Shown here one piece after another: positions 9,475-18,167 of a stretch of 64,000 nt of DNA; position 1 is the first letter of the stretch; each line of letters begins with the position of its first letter. Made by a program: the position numbers and the translations under genes. Origin of the DNA: a virus. The notes beneath the pieces were generated by a model. That model made no database searches. It was not told the origin of the DNA and saw only the letters and a program-made list of their open reading frames with translations. The stretch covers positions 1 to 64,000 of the IMG/VR virus record IMGVR_UViG_3300030102_006903; one strand, 5' to 3'.

Positions 9475-9798
9475 CTAAAATTTATCTTTTGGATAATCAA
9501 ATCCGAAAAATTCATAGTTTTTCTTAACTGATTCATCAGTTCCTTCTGCCTTAATTGTTTCATCTTCATCGTAAAATATAGCATCAGGTGGACATTCAGG
9601 TACACACGCACCACATAGAATACACTCTTCAGGATTAATGTAAAGTTGTTTTCCTTTTAGTTCTTCAGGTGACATATCATCAACCTCTTTACCTGCACCT
9701 TCAATATCAATTGGCCCATGAATACAATTCACAGGACAAACTTTGACACACGCAGTGTCACAAACACTAACACACTTATTTCCGATTATATAACTCAT
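9475..9798 (-). CDS. 4Fe-4S dicluster ferredoxin
   Basis: CVSVCDTACVKVCPVNCI and YINPEECILCGACVPECP. Confidence 0.92.
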   Translation of the reverse strand: MSYIIGNKCVSVCDTACVKVCPVNCIHGPIDIEGAGKEVDDMSPEELKGKQLYINPEECILCGACVPECPPDAIFYDEDETIKAEGTDESVKKNYEFFGFDYPKDKF

Positions 9799-9807
9799 AA
9801 GTTAGCC

Positions 9808-9839
9808 CAAAGATACAACTTTTTTTTGAGATATCCTAA
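9808..9839 (-). promoter_or_regulatory. early promoter
   Basis: TTAGGA...TTGTATCTTTG directly before the ferredoxin. Confidence 0.7.
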
Positions 9840-9855
9840 TAAAAAGTTATATTTC

Positions 9856-10419
9856 TTAATATTCGTATTCTTTTTTAGGACCTGAAAGATTTCCATTTAT
9901 TAGGAAGGAACAATTAAAACAAAGCATTCTAAGATTTTCATAATTATGATTCTTTCTATCACCATCGATAAAATCTAAAACTAAAGGAACCTTTCCATCA
10001 GTCATTCTCTTTTCTTCAAAACCACAATTGTTACATTTTTCTAACATATAACCATTGTTTAATAATCTCTGTTTAAGTTTCCATATTGGATAATCTGGAT
10101 ATTTTCCTTTTAAGATATCATCAAGAGAATATTTTCCTCTTTTAATGTTATATCCTTTTCTGATACCATTTCCATCAGGATTTTTCAAATCTTCAAAGAT
10201 ACCATACTTTCTTGCGTATTTTTTGTAGGTATTGTAGGAGACTCCTAATAATCTTGCTGCCTCCATTGCAGAACGAGCCTTTTTCTGTACATCTTTTATT
10301 TCCGATTCAAGTAAGGGTTTTGCACCCAAACCTCTTTTCATTCTTCGATTACTTCCCGCTAGTGATAAATCTTGTGTAGGGTCAAAGTTGGGGAATATCT
10401 TCTCGTTTTTATTTTCCAT
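9856..10419 (-). CDS. HTH plus degenerate HNH-like Zn-finger protein
   Basis: AARLLGVSYNTYKKYARKYG (HTH); CNNC...LVLDFIDGDRKNHNYENLRMLCFNC. Confidence 0.75.
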   Translation of the reverse strand: MENKNEKIFPNFDPTQDLSLAGSNRRMKRGLGAKPLLESEIKDVQKKARSAMEAARLLGVSYNTYKKYARKYGIFEDLKNPDGNGIRKGYNIKRGKYSLDDILKGKYPDYPIWKLKQRLLNNGYMLEKCNNCGFEEKRMTDGKVPLVLDFIDGDRKNHNYENLRMLCFNCSFLINGNLSGPKKEYEY

Positions 10420-10434
10420 AGTAATAACCTTTAT

Positions 10435-10442
10435 TATAAGTA
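10435..10442 (-). promoter_or_regulatory. putative late-promoter motif TACTTATA
   Basis: Variant motif ending 15 nt upstream of the ATG at 10419. Confidence 0.5.
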
Positions 10443-10472
10443 TAGTGTATTAAAATTTATTGACAGGCTTTA

Positions 10473-11561
10473 TTACTTTTTTTGTAGTATTTCATCGATT
10501 AATTTAATAATCAATGATTTTCCTTTCCATAATAATTCTTCACATAGTTTCTTATTATTATAAACCCTATGTTGATTATTATTTAAGAATTCTTCAGTAT
10601 CACAAGTGGTTAATCGTTTTGCTTCTTGTACTAATTTTTCTAATCTCAAAATTTCATCTGTTTCCTTTTCATAAGAATGGTCAACAAAATCATCATACAA
10701 ATCAAAACCTAATTTTCTTAATTCATCTTGTAATCCCCTATAACCATGTATAAGTGGTATCTGTCCTCTTACAAGGGGTTTTATTGTCTTTTCAGTAAAT
10801 GAAATGTGGTTTTTATCATCTTGTTCTAAAAGACCTGTTACATTCTCTGATATCAAATTTACAGTATGTTCTAAGTATTTTAAATCATTCCAATCTTCTT
10901 GTAATAATCTGTGTTCTTCATGATGGTGAACACGAAATTTTTCATGTAATACTTTCTGAATTTCTTCATTTGGTAAAGTACTTACCATTTGATTGAAATC
11001 TTCTTGATAAAATTTTGGTCCTTCACCTTTATTAAGATAATACCAAAAAAATAAATGTGTATGTTTTATTAATCTTGACCTTTTAAATGCCTTACTGCAA
11101 AAATAATTTAACCATAATCTTTGTGTTCTTAGAGAACCATTGTATGATACAATACCATGTGCTAATTCTCTATTATCATGATGAAAAAAAGTTCTACTGT
11201 GAATATTATCGTGCAAGTGTCCAAGAAATGCTAGTGAGTAATCATCAATTACTCTACAATTTAATTCTTGATTTATTGGTAAATCGGATATCAGTATAAA
11301 TTCGTAGTTGTATTTTTCTATTATTTTTTTAAATCTTTCTAAAAATAATTCAATCTGACCCGATTCTGTTGTTATATCAACTATAATTTTTGTATTGGGA
11401 TTACAATATGGAATAACTTTTTCAATCTCACCTTCACCTTCTATTTCTCTATGTACAAATATAATATCATATTTGCCATCTAGTTTTTCAGGTAAAGTAG
11501 CATTTAAAAATCTACCCCACAATCTTTGAGATTGATAATGAAAATCGGCAATCTTAATCAT
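10473..11561 (-). CDS. putative glycosyltransferase-like protein (GT10-like C-terminus)
   Basis: VNLISEN...SFTEKTIKPL...PLIHG...LRKLGFDLYDDFVDHSYE. Confidence 0.55.
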   Translation of the reverse strand: MIKIADFHYQSQRLWGRFLNATLPEKLDGKYDIIFVHREIEGEGEIEKVIPYCNPNTKIIVDITTESGQIELFLERFKKIIEKYNYEFILISDLPINQELNCRVIDDYSLAFLGHLHDNIHSRTFFHHDNRELAHGIVSYNGSLRTQRLWLNYFCSKAFKRSRLIKHTHLFFWYYLNKGEGPKFYQEDFNQMVSTLPNEEIQKVLHEKFRVHHHEEHRLLQEDWNDLKYLEHTVNLISENVTGLLEQDDKNHISFTEKTIKPLVRGQIPLIHGYRGLQDELRKLGFDLYDDFVDHSYEKETDEILRLEKLVQEAKRLTTCDTEEFLNNNQHRVYNNKKLCEELLWKGKSLIIKLIDEILQKK

Positions 11562-12591
11562 CCTCTCTTACAACATCTAAAGTTACACAATGTGGTCCAC
11601 CACTAAAGGTTCTTGAATGTCTCATCTTTACTGGTAATGATTCAACTCCAAACCTTTGTAATTCTTTCATTAACATTGTTTGATGTTCTTCAACCATACA
11701 AAGTTTACTATTAATAGGTAGGATATTCATACCTAACCAAGGTGATGCAGGACACCAATCATCAAGAACTTGAGTTGCAAATGGTTCTGGTGCCCATATT
11801 TTATCAAAATCATGTAAAAAATGTGGCATATTCCATTCATTAACTCTTTGAGGATTTAATAATACCAATCCTTCTCTTAAAAATACAAAAGTTGTATCAA
11901 TGTGGATATATGCATAAACATTTTCGACTGGATGGACATTGTATTCATTTCCAAAATTTTCTTTACAATAATGTTCTAACCATTTAGCTCCATCTAAATT
12001 ACCTGTATTAGAAACTAAATACAACAAATCATTATTATGTTTTATGACATTTGCAGCATCAAAAACTGGTTCTCCATTTAATAAGGTTGGAATAGATAAA
12101 TCATCTCTTTGATAAATGGAATCTAATAATTTTGGTTTTGGTGCATCAACCCAATGATTTTGGTCAAATAATGGTTTACAGGTTTCTGCCTCATTACTTC
12201 TATGTCTTAATGTCATAGGGGTTGCTATTACCTTATCATTTATTACTATCATTGAATCTCTTGGACAATAATTATAATAACCATCAACTTCCCAATTTTC
12301 TGTTTTAATTGGTTCAGAAAAATCTCTATCCTTAGGTCTGTGAACTTTTACACCGAGATTTCTTAATGTATTTGCAATCTCGTTTAAATCTTCTTCCATC
12401 TCCTCTCTTACCTTTTCAGGATAAAGACCTGATGGTCTATTTTTAAATTCTTCTTCAGATAAGTGTGCATAATCAATACTATGTAGACACTTATCACCAA
12501 CTGTTGGAACTCTTGCGTGTTTTGTTGTTCCTACTATAATCTCTTTGAGATTTCCCCACTCATTTCTTACTTGTGGTTTTATTAATTCCAT
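11554..12591 (-). CDS. amidinotransferase (glycine/inosamine-phosphate amidinotransferase family)
   Basis: NEWGNLKEIIVG, YCPRD, FDAAN, HIDTT, GGPHCVTLD (catalytic Asp/His/Cys). Confidence 0.92.
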   Translation of the reverse strand: MELIKPQVRNEWGNLKEIIVGTTKHARVPTVGDKCLHSIDYAHLSEEEFKNRPSGLYPEKVREEMEEDLNEIANTLRNLGVKVHRPKDRDFSEPIKTENWEVDGYYNYCPRDSMIVINDKVIATPMTLRHRSNEAETCKPLFDQNHWVDAPKPKLLDSIYQRDDLSIPTLLNGEPVFDAANVIKHNNDLLYLVSNTGNLDGAKWLEHYCKENFGNEYNVHPVENVYAYIHIDTTFVFLREGLVLLNPQRVNEWNMPHFLHDFDKIWAPEPFATQVLDDWCPASPWLGMNILPINSKLCMVEEHQTMLMKELQRFGVESLPVKMRHSRTFSGGPHCVTLDVVREDD

Positions 12592-12781
12592 AATTACTCC
12601 ATTTATACCAGGCTCTTTCGTGTAAATAATAAAGAACCATTTTTGTTACTAATTCAACTCCTCCAATTGCCACACCCCATTTCCAATTACCTGTAATTAT
12701 CCAAGATAATACCATGGTATCTAATGTACCAATGATTCTCCATGTAATTGTTTTTAAGATATGTCTTTTGTGTTTTACCAT
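12560..12781 (-). CDS. DUF2061 membrane protein
   Basis: KTITWRIIGT...YYLHERAW. Confidence 0.85.
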   Translation of the reverse strand: MVKHKRHILKTITWRIIGTLDTMVLSWIITGNWKWGVAIGGVELVTKMVLYYLHERAWYKWSNYGINKTTSKK

Positions 12782-13263
12782 TATATTAATCCTTTCGGTT
12801 TGTTTATATTTATTGCAAAATGTAATGAATATCTTACACCCTCTGTAACTTCTTTTACTTCATGCCAATCGTTTCTACCAAATACAAACAATTCACCGAT
12901 ACTAACAGATAGTTTTTTATTTTCCAAAATAAAATCACCACCTTTATAATCAGTATTGAGTAAATATCCTCCTGTCAATACTGTATTTAATTTATTTGAA
13001 GAATAACTTGGTCCATCAATATGATTACCAAAGAAATCTCCTTCGTTATAAATCAAAAAAGTAATAAATTCACTAACTTCGTAAAATTTATTAATCTTTT
13101 TTAAATCTTTATTTATTAATTCACTTACAAATTTAAATTCTGAAAAATCTGATATCTTCAACCATTTATTTTTTTTCCAATCTAAATCGTAATCTTGATA
13201 AAACTCTGTATAATCTTTTTGAAAAAATACATTTAATATTTTTTTAACATCAGAGTTTTCCAT
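12781..13263 (-). CDS. 2OG-Fe(II) oxygenase
   Basis: YNEGDFFGNHID, YKGGDF, WHEVKEVTEGVRYSL. Confidence 0.85.
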   Translation of the reverse strand: MENSDVKKILNVFFQKDYTEFYQDYDLDWKKNKWLKISDFSEFKFVSELINKDLKKINKFYEVSEFITFLIYNEGDFFGNHIDGPSYSSNKLNTVLTGGYLLNTDYKGGDFILENKKLSVSIGELFVFGRNDWHEVKEVTEGVRYSLHFAININKPKGLI

Positions 13264-13609
13264 CTTTTCTCATTTGTTCTCTGATTGATGTAGCAGATAT
13301 TTCACCAATTTCTTTTGGTGGTATATGTTCTATAATATCGTAACCAACACCTCTTCCATAATTAACTGATTCGATATCAGGTATAATTGTTGTAATTACT
13401 CTACCATCTTTAATCAAATCTTTTAATTCTCCCTCATGAACCATTTTTTCAATTTCTTGAGCAGTCCAAGGTTGATTTTCGTTTGGTTCAACATCTCTAA
13501 TTGCTAAACAAATATTTTTACCTTCCTTTAATCTTTGATTTATTAACCATAGATGACCTTTGTGTAAAGGTTGCCATCTACCAATGAACATTGAGTATTG
13601 TTTTCCCAC
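13250..13609 (-). CDS. HxGH nucleotidyltransferase (cytidylyltransferase-like), APS-kinase associated
   Basis: GRWQPLHKGH and ISATSIR motifs. Confidence 0.8.
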   Translation of the reverse strand: MGKQYSMFIGRWQPLHKGHLWLINQRLKEGKNICLAIRDVEPNENQPWTAQEIEKMVHEGELKDLIKDGRVITTIIPDIESVNYGRGVGYDIIEHIPPKEIGEISATSIREQMRKDGKL

Positions 13610-13610
13610 T

Positions 13611-14084
13611 TTAAATTTTATTTAGTTGATTTAAATGATTTATAATTTTTGAAAAAGAAGATTCTGGCGAATCTTTTGTTGTATCAATATCTATAAATTC
13701 TATTTCAGGTGCCTCAAAATCTTTTGTATGGAAATGGTCTCTTTCCCTTTTATCTGTACAATGTAAATAAAACTCTTGAAAATTTTCATAACCGATTCTT
13801 TTCTTGAATTCTTCTCTTAATTTTCTATAAGGTGCAACCAATGATACTACAACATCACAATCATTATTGTGAATAAATTCTACAATCATCTGTGCATTTC
13901 TGATGTTATTTTTTCTTCCCTTTTCTGAATAATCTTTATTGATTGTTAAATCTCTTAGATTATCACCATCAAGATGAAAAACACTTCTCCTCCAATTTCT
14001 TTTTTCTGTTTTTAAAAAAGAATGAAGTTTTTTTCCTAAAATCGTTTTACCTGCTCCAGGTTGTCCTATAAACCAATATACCAT
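13611..14084 (-). CDS. cysC: adenylyl-sulfate (APS) kinase
   Basis: YWFIGQPGAGKT, LDGDNLR, DYSEKGRKNNI, VVSLVAPY, FEAP; start trimmed to ATG 14084. Confidence 0.85.
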   Translation of the reverse strand: MVYWFIGQPGAGKTILGKKLHSFLKTEKRNWRRSVFHLDGDNLRDLTINKDYSEKGRKNNIRNAQMIVEFIHNNDCDVVVSLVAPYRKLREEFKKRIGYENFQEFYLHCTDKRERDHFHTKDFEAPEIEFIDIDTTKDSPESSFSKIINHLNQLNKI

Positions 14085-14085
14085 T

Positions 14086-14892
14086 TTATTTTTTAATATG
14101 ATAACACTTGTGGTGGGATGGTACACAAATGTAATCTCCATCTAAAAATTCATGTACTGCTTTTATTACACCTACATGAACTTGTTGTCCTTCAAAATCC
14201 CAAGTATCAGTTTCTAACATTTCTTCAGTTGCATCTTTAATGTTTAAATCATCGTAAGTATTTGCATCACCAGAGAAATCATCAAAAACCATGATACCAC
14301 CTTTTTTTAATTTTTTATATCCATTTTCAACATCAGATTTTACGATGTTATACTCATGTCCTCCATCAATAAAAATAATATCATACCAGTTATCCATTAC
14401 ATTGTGAATCATTTTTCTTGAATCACCTTCAAATACTGTTATAATATCATCTACTTTGAATTTTTTTGCCTCATTCCATAAATGTTCTTTCCATTCTTTT
14501 GGATTATCTTCATTGTACGACCATTCTTCCTCTTTATCGACAGTTAAATTACCTTTAAACCAATCAATCACATGAAGTTCACCATTTATCATTGGTAATT
14601 TTAATATCTTTGCATTTTCAACTGCATCCCATCCTTGGGCACAACCAATCTGTAAAACTTTTGGTCTATCTTTGTAATCATCCTCAGAATCATTATAATT
14701 CCAAAATGTTGATTTAATATGTGTGAAAATGAATGAGGATATCCAAGGAATAGGCAATACCCAATCTGAAGGTGAGAATGTATCCTTTTCTTTTTCTGTA
14801 ACAAACCACTCACTCATATCGAGTGGTGATATTTTTTTAAATCTTTCCACTAATAATAGTTTACTTGTTCTTACTATAAGCTTGAGTACCAA
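14086..14892 (-). CDS. class I SAM-dependent methyltransferase (Methyltransf_24-like)
   Basis: VLQIGCAQG, GDS, DIIFIDGGHEY, LKKGGIMVFDD; start uncertain. Confidence 0.8.
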   Translation of the reverse strand: MVLKLIVRTSKLLLVERFKKISPLDMSEWFVTEKEKDTFSPSDWVLPIPWISSFIFTHIKSTFWNYNDSEDDYKDRPKVLQIGCAQGWDAVENAKILKLPMINGELHVIDWFKGNLTVDKEEEWSYNEDNPKEWKEHLWNEAKKFKVDDIITVFEGDSRKMIHNVMDNWYDIIFIDGGHEYNIVKSDVENGYKKLKKGGIMVFDDFSGDANTYDDLNIKDATEEMLETDTWDFEGQQVHVGVIKAVHEFLDGDYICVPSHHKCYHIKK

Positions 14893-15184
14893 AGAAAGCT
14901 GCTACGATTGCTGCTACTGAAACAAAATATGTTGCTGCCATATCTCCAAGTATTGTTGCTGCTGTTTCTAACTTTACTAAATTTGCTAAAACCACTGCAA
15001 ATGGATATAACAACATTCCAAATAAAGCAAACCATGCCATCTTTCTTTGAGCATCTCTCATTGCATCTTGGTCATCAAGTTCTTTTCTCTTGAATTCCAA
15101 ATACATTTTGTGCTCTTCACTACTTACCTTACCATCACCATTAGTATCAGCAGGGTGAATAGTGTTCTTTTTTTCTTCTGCCAT
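14861..15184 (-). CDS. holin-like two-TM protein with N-terminal EF-hand-like loop
   Basis: DTNGDGKVSSEE then two hydrophobic helices; directly downstream of the amidase; GGAGG SD. Confidence 0.6.
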   Translation of the reverse strand: MAEEKKNTIHPADTNGDGKVSSEEHKMYLEFKRKELDDQDAMRDAQRKMAWFALFGMLLYPFAVVLANLVKLETAATILGDMAATYFVSVAAIVAAFFGTQAYSKNK

Positions 15185-15233
15185 TTATTACCTCCCATTA
15201 ATTGCGAGATGTAACCTTTATTACTTATATATA

Positions 15234-15722
15234 TTAACTTAATTCTTTTTTGAATCTTTCCCAATCAAATGCAGAGCCAGGGTCAACTTTTCCTTTTCCC
15301 TTTCCTCTAACATGGTCTCCACTACAATCAGAATGTCTAACTACATTTTCCGCAGGAATATCATATTTATCCATCCACCATTTACAAGTAGATAATGCTG
15401 ATTGAAATTGTTCTTCAGTATAAGTTCCTTCTTGTTCAATTTCTTTTAAAAATGAATCATATGTTTGTTTTCCAGGTACTAATAATTCAAACCCTAAGTA
15501 ATGGGAATTAAGATGTTGTAAACCATTCCATTCTGATTTACCTGCATGAGCTGCTTTTCCAGGTGATGATATCATCTTTTCATATGTACCATCTGGATGT
15601 ATAAATCCATGTACTGATAATTTTAATTCTTTTAGAAATTGGTGAGCTGTTATCCATTCACCTTCCCATTGAAGATATTCTCCCATACTGTGTACTACGA
15701 TTCCTTTGGGTACTATTGCCAT
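15234..15722 (-). CDS. N-acetylmuramoyl-L-alanine amidase (Amidase_2/AmpD-like), probable endolysin
   Basis: IVVH, SVHGFI, AAHAGKS, NSHYLGFEL, VVRHSD, KVDPG. Confidence 0.88.
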   Translation of the reverse strand: MAIVPKGIVVHSMGEYLQWEGEWITAHQFLKELKLSVHGFIHPDGTYEKMISSPGKAAHAGKSEWNGLQHLNSHYLGFELLVPGKQTYDSFLKEIEQEGTYTEEQFQSALSTCKWWMDKYDIPAENVVRHSDCSGDHVRGKGKGKVDPGSAFDWERFKKELS

Positions 15723-15731
15723 TTTTTCTCC

Positions 15732-16091
15732 TTATCTTATTTTCTTTAGAATGGGTTCTATATCTAATGCTATTGCATATTGGTCAAGATGTCTGTAATC
15801 AATAGGTACAAACTTTTGTTTTGTTTTCTTTGATGCAAATTCTGCTAATTGTTTACAGATATCATCTTTTGGGATACTACCCAAAGTAATAATCTTATCT
15901 AAATCTTTTGAACTTTTTGGGATACAAGTTAAAGTTGGTCCTTCACCTAAGAAATTAGGATATGCATAATTAAACTTGAACTCAACTTGTTGAGATGGTA
16001 GTTCCGCATCTTTTGCTTTTGATTGGAGTAGAACTTTTGCATTTCCATAAAAATGTACTCTTTCGTTAAGTAAATTTGTTAATTTAATCAT
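15732..16091 (-). CDS. hypothetical, putative virion (internal head) protein
   Basis: N-terminal MIKLTNLLNE motif shared with neighbours. Confidence 0.6.
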   Translation of the reverse strand: MIKLTNLLNERVHFYGNAKVLLQSKAKDAELPSQQVEFKFNYAYPNFLGEGPTLTCIPKSSKDLDKIITLGSIPKDDICKQLAEFASKKTKQKFVPIDYRHLDQYAIALDIEPILKKIR

Positions 16092-17962
16092 CTTATTTTA
16101 AATGGTATATCGTGGTCTTTCCAAAATTTATTAAGTGTATTTCTTAAATCCTTAACTAACTTTGCAGATTTTTTTCTATTTTCAGGTGTGTTCGTATCTA
16201 ATCTTCCTTGTGGAATAATTCCTTTAATGTAATTAGTGACAGGAAATACACCTACTTCAGTTACAGAGTTTTGACCAAATTGGTCTCCTTTAGTAAACTC
16301 ATATGAACCTGCAGTGCTATATTCATCTATATCTCTGTTGATTGCATCTTTGGGTTTTGGTGTTCCTTTTAATCTTGCTTCTTTATCATCAATAAAAGAG
16401 AAATCTAATCTTTGGCCATATTCATCTATTGTTTTAGGGAATTTCGTTCTCTTTGCAAGTTGGTAAAGTTTTTTAACATCAGCTGGATTGTTTCTATTGA
16501 ACTTATCTGCATTCTTTTTATCTTTGAATATTGCTGATATTAATTTATTACCATCACGCATCATTATGATAATACCTTTTTTACCAAAAAATCTTTCAGT
16601 TTCAACTTTTACCTCGTTTACTGCCATTGAAGGTTTTTTTGCAACATTAATTACTTTGTTTTGTTTTATGTATTCAACTGCATCTTTGTAATCAACTTTG
16701 AATTTTTTAGATAATTTTTTTATATTGTTTGGGGTAAACTGATTAAATTTCATTCTATCTAATGCTTTATCAAATGCAGATGGAACAAAAAGTCTTTCGT
16801 TTACTGTTCTGTAAACTTGTCTTACAACTTTTCTATTTTTTAATAAATCAATATTAACCTTTAAACCTTTTCTTTCCATATCCTTTTTGAATTTGGAAAA
16901 TAACTTATCATTATATTTAGAATCTCTTACTGTCTTAACAACTTTATTACCTTTATATGCATATGCAACATATTGTTCATTTTCGTTTACAGGTGTTTGT
17001 TTATTTGTTAATCCTACTTCTTCATCTTCATCAGCGTTTTCAATATCTGGTTGACCATGATTTGTTTTCTTAAAGTTTGTTCCACCACTATAATCTCTTT
17101 TCTTTCCTCTTAACGCTGTGTGATAATCTGAAACTCTTCCTTGCATATAATTCTGAGGAACACCTTTAGATTCATCAACACCTTCATAGATAGATTTAAG
17201 ATATTTGATAAACTCTTTATCATTTTTCATTTTCTTAAAATCTCTATCCGCAAATACATTTTTTACAAAATCTCTTACATTTTTGGAATCTTGTCTGATT
17301 TGGTCTAATGTAGAAAACATTCCTTCTTTCATTTTCTTCTTACCCTTTTTACCTTTTGCTTTATATCCACTAGCAAATGCTGCTCTTCTTTGTGCATCAG
17401 ATGCAAATCCTTCATCTCTTGGTCCTTCATTATCACCATAATTTACATTATCGTTGAATATGCTTGTTTTATGTTTATCAAGTTTCAACTTTTTTAATAA
17501 ATCATAAATCTGATATATTTCACTATCTCTATTATGACCAGAATATAATTCTATATCTATTGTTTTTCCATCGAGTGATGCACCCTTAAACTTTCTATTG
17601 ATTTTCTTTAAACCTAAATTTAATGCCTTTAGTACTTTTGGAGATACTCTTTCATCCATATTATCATACCCATCATCATCTCTCAACCCTTTTTGTGGAG
17701 CATATCCATGTGAACCACTACCACCAAGTTTATCACCACCCATTTTATTTGCGTATTCTTTAAATGCTTTTAGGATTTGTTCTTTTACTTTTTTTGGAAT
17801 ACCACTATGTTTTGTAGAAGCAAAATCTTTTGCATCAGATTTTTTTATGGTTTTAGCAACATCTCTTACTGATTGGGTTACATCAGATGGTTTTACATCA
17901 CCCTTGTTCAATGCATGAACAATGCCCATAAATTTTTGTTGTTGTTTTGATTTTGCTGGCAT
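16088..17962 (-). CDS. modular basic protein (DUF3008-like N-terminus), putative virion polyprotein
   Basis: MPAKSKQQQKFMG start; unrelated segments separated by [IVM]-[NDKT]-E; late motif and SD upstream. Confidence 0.65.
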   Translation of the reverse strand: MPAKSKQQQKFMGIVHALNKGDVKPSDVTQSVRDVAKTIKKSDAKDFASTKHSGIPKKVKEQILKAFKEYANKMGGDKLGGSGSHGYAPQKGLRDDDGYDNMDERVSPKVLKALNLGLKKINRKFKGASLDGKTIDIELYSGHNRDSEIYQIYDLLKKLKLDKHKTSIFNDNVNYGDNEGPRDEGFASDAQRRAAFASGYKAKGKKGKKKMKEGMFSTLDQIRQDSKNVRDFVKNVFADRDFKKMKNDKEFIKYLKSIYEGVDESKGVPQNYMQGRVSDYHTALRGKKRDYSGGTNFKKTNHGQPDIENADEDEEVGLTNKQTPVNENEQYVAYAYKGNKVVKTVRDSKYNDKLFSKFKKDMERKGLKVNIDLLKNRKVVRQVYRTVNERLFVPSAFDKALDRMKFNQFTPNNIKKLSKKFKVDYKDAVEYIKQNKVINVAKKPSMAVNEVKVETERFFGKKGIIIMMRDGNKLISAIFKDKKNADKFNRNNPADVKKLYQLAKRTKFPKTIDEYGQRLDFSFIDDKEARLKGTPKPKDAINRDIDEYSTAGSYEFTKGDQFGQNSVTEVGVFPVTNYIKGIIPQGRLDTNTPENRKKSAKLVKDLRNTLNKFWKDHDIPFKIR

Positions 17963-17980
17963 AATTATTCCTTTTACTTA

Positions 17981-17988
17981 TATAAATA
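17981..17988 (-). promoter_or_regulatory. putative late-promoter motif TATTTATA
   Basis: Exact motif upstream of the ATG at 17962. Confidence 0.55.
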
Positions 17989-18002
17989 TAAGGAAATTTA
18001 GT

Positions 18003-18167
18003 TTAATCATTAGACGGGAGGTTTATGATAATATTATTATCCTTTGACTGTACCTTAAAATCTGAGGGTGAGAGGTTTGTATAATATTTTTCGTAGTATT
18101 TAACTCTATTGAAATTTTGTTGAGGTTCTTCGTTGATTTGTTTTAATAAATCGGTGAGTTTAATCAA
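18003..18167 (-). CDS. small hypothetical protein
   Basis: Start re-called at TTG 18167, giving MIKLTDLLKQINEE, the same N-terminal motif as neighbours. Confidence 0.6.
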   Translation of the reverse strand: MIKLTDLLKQINEEPQQNFNRVKYYEKYYTNLSPSDFKVQSKDNNIIINLPSND

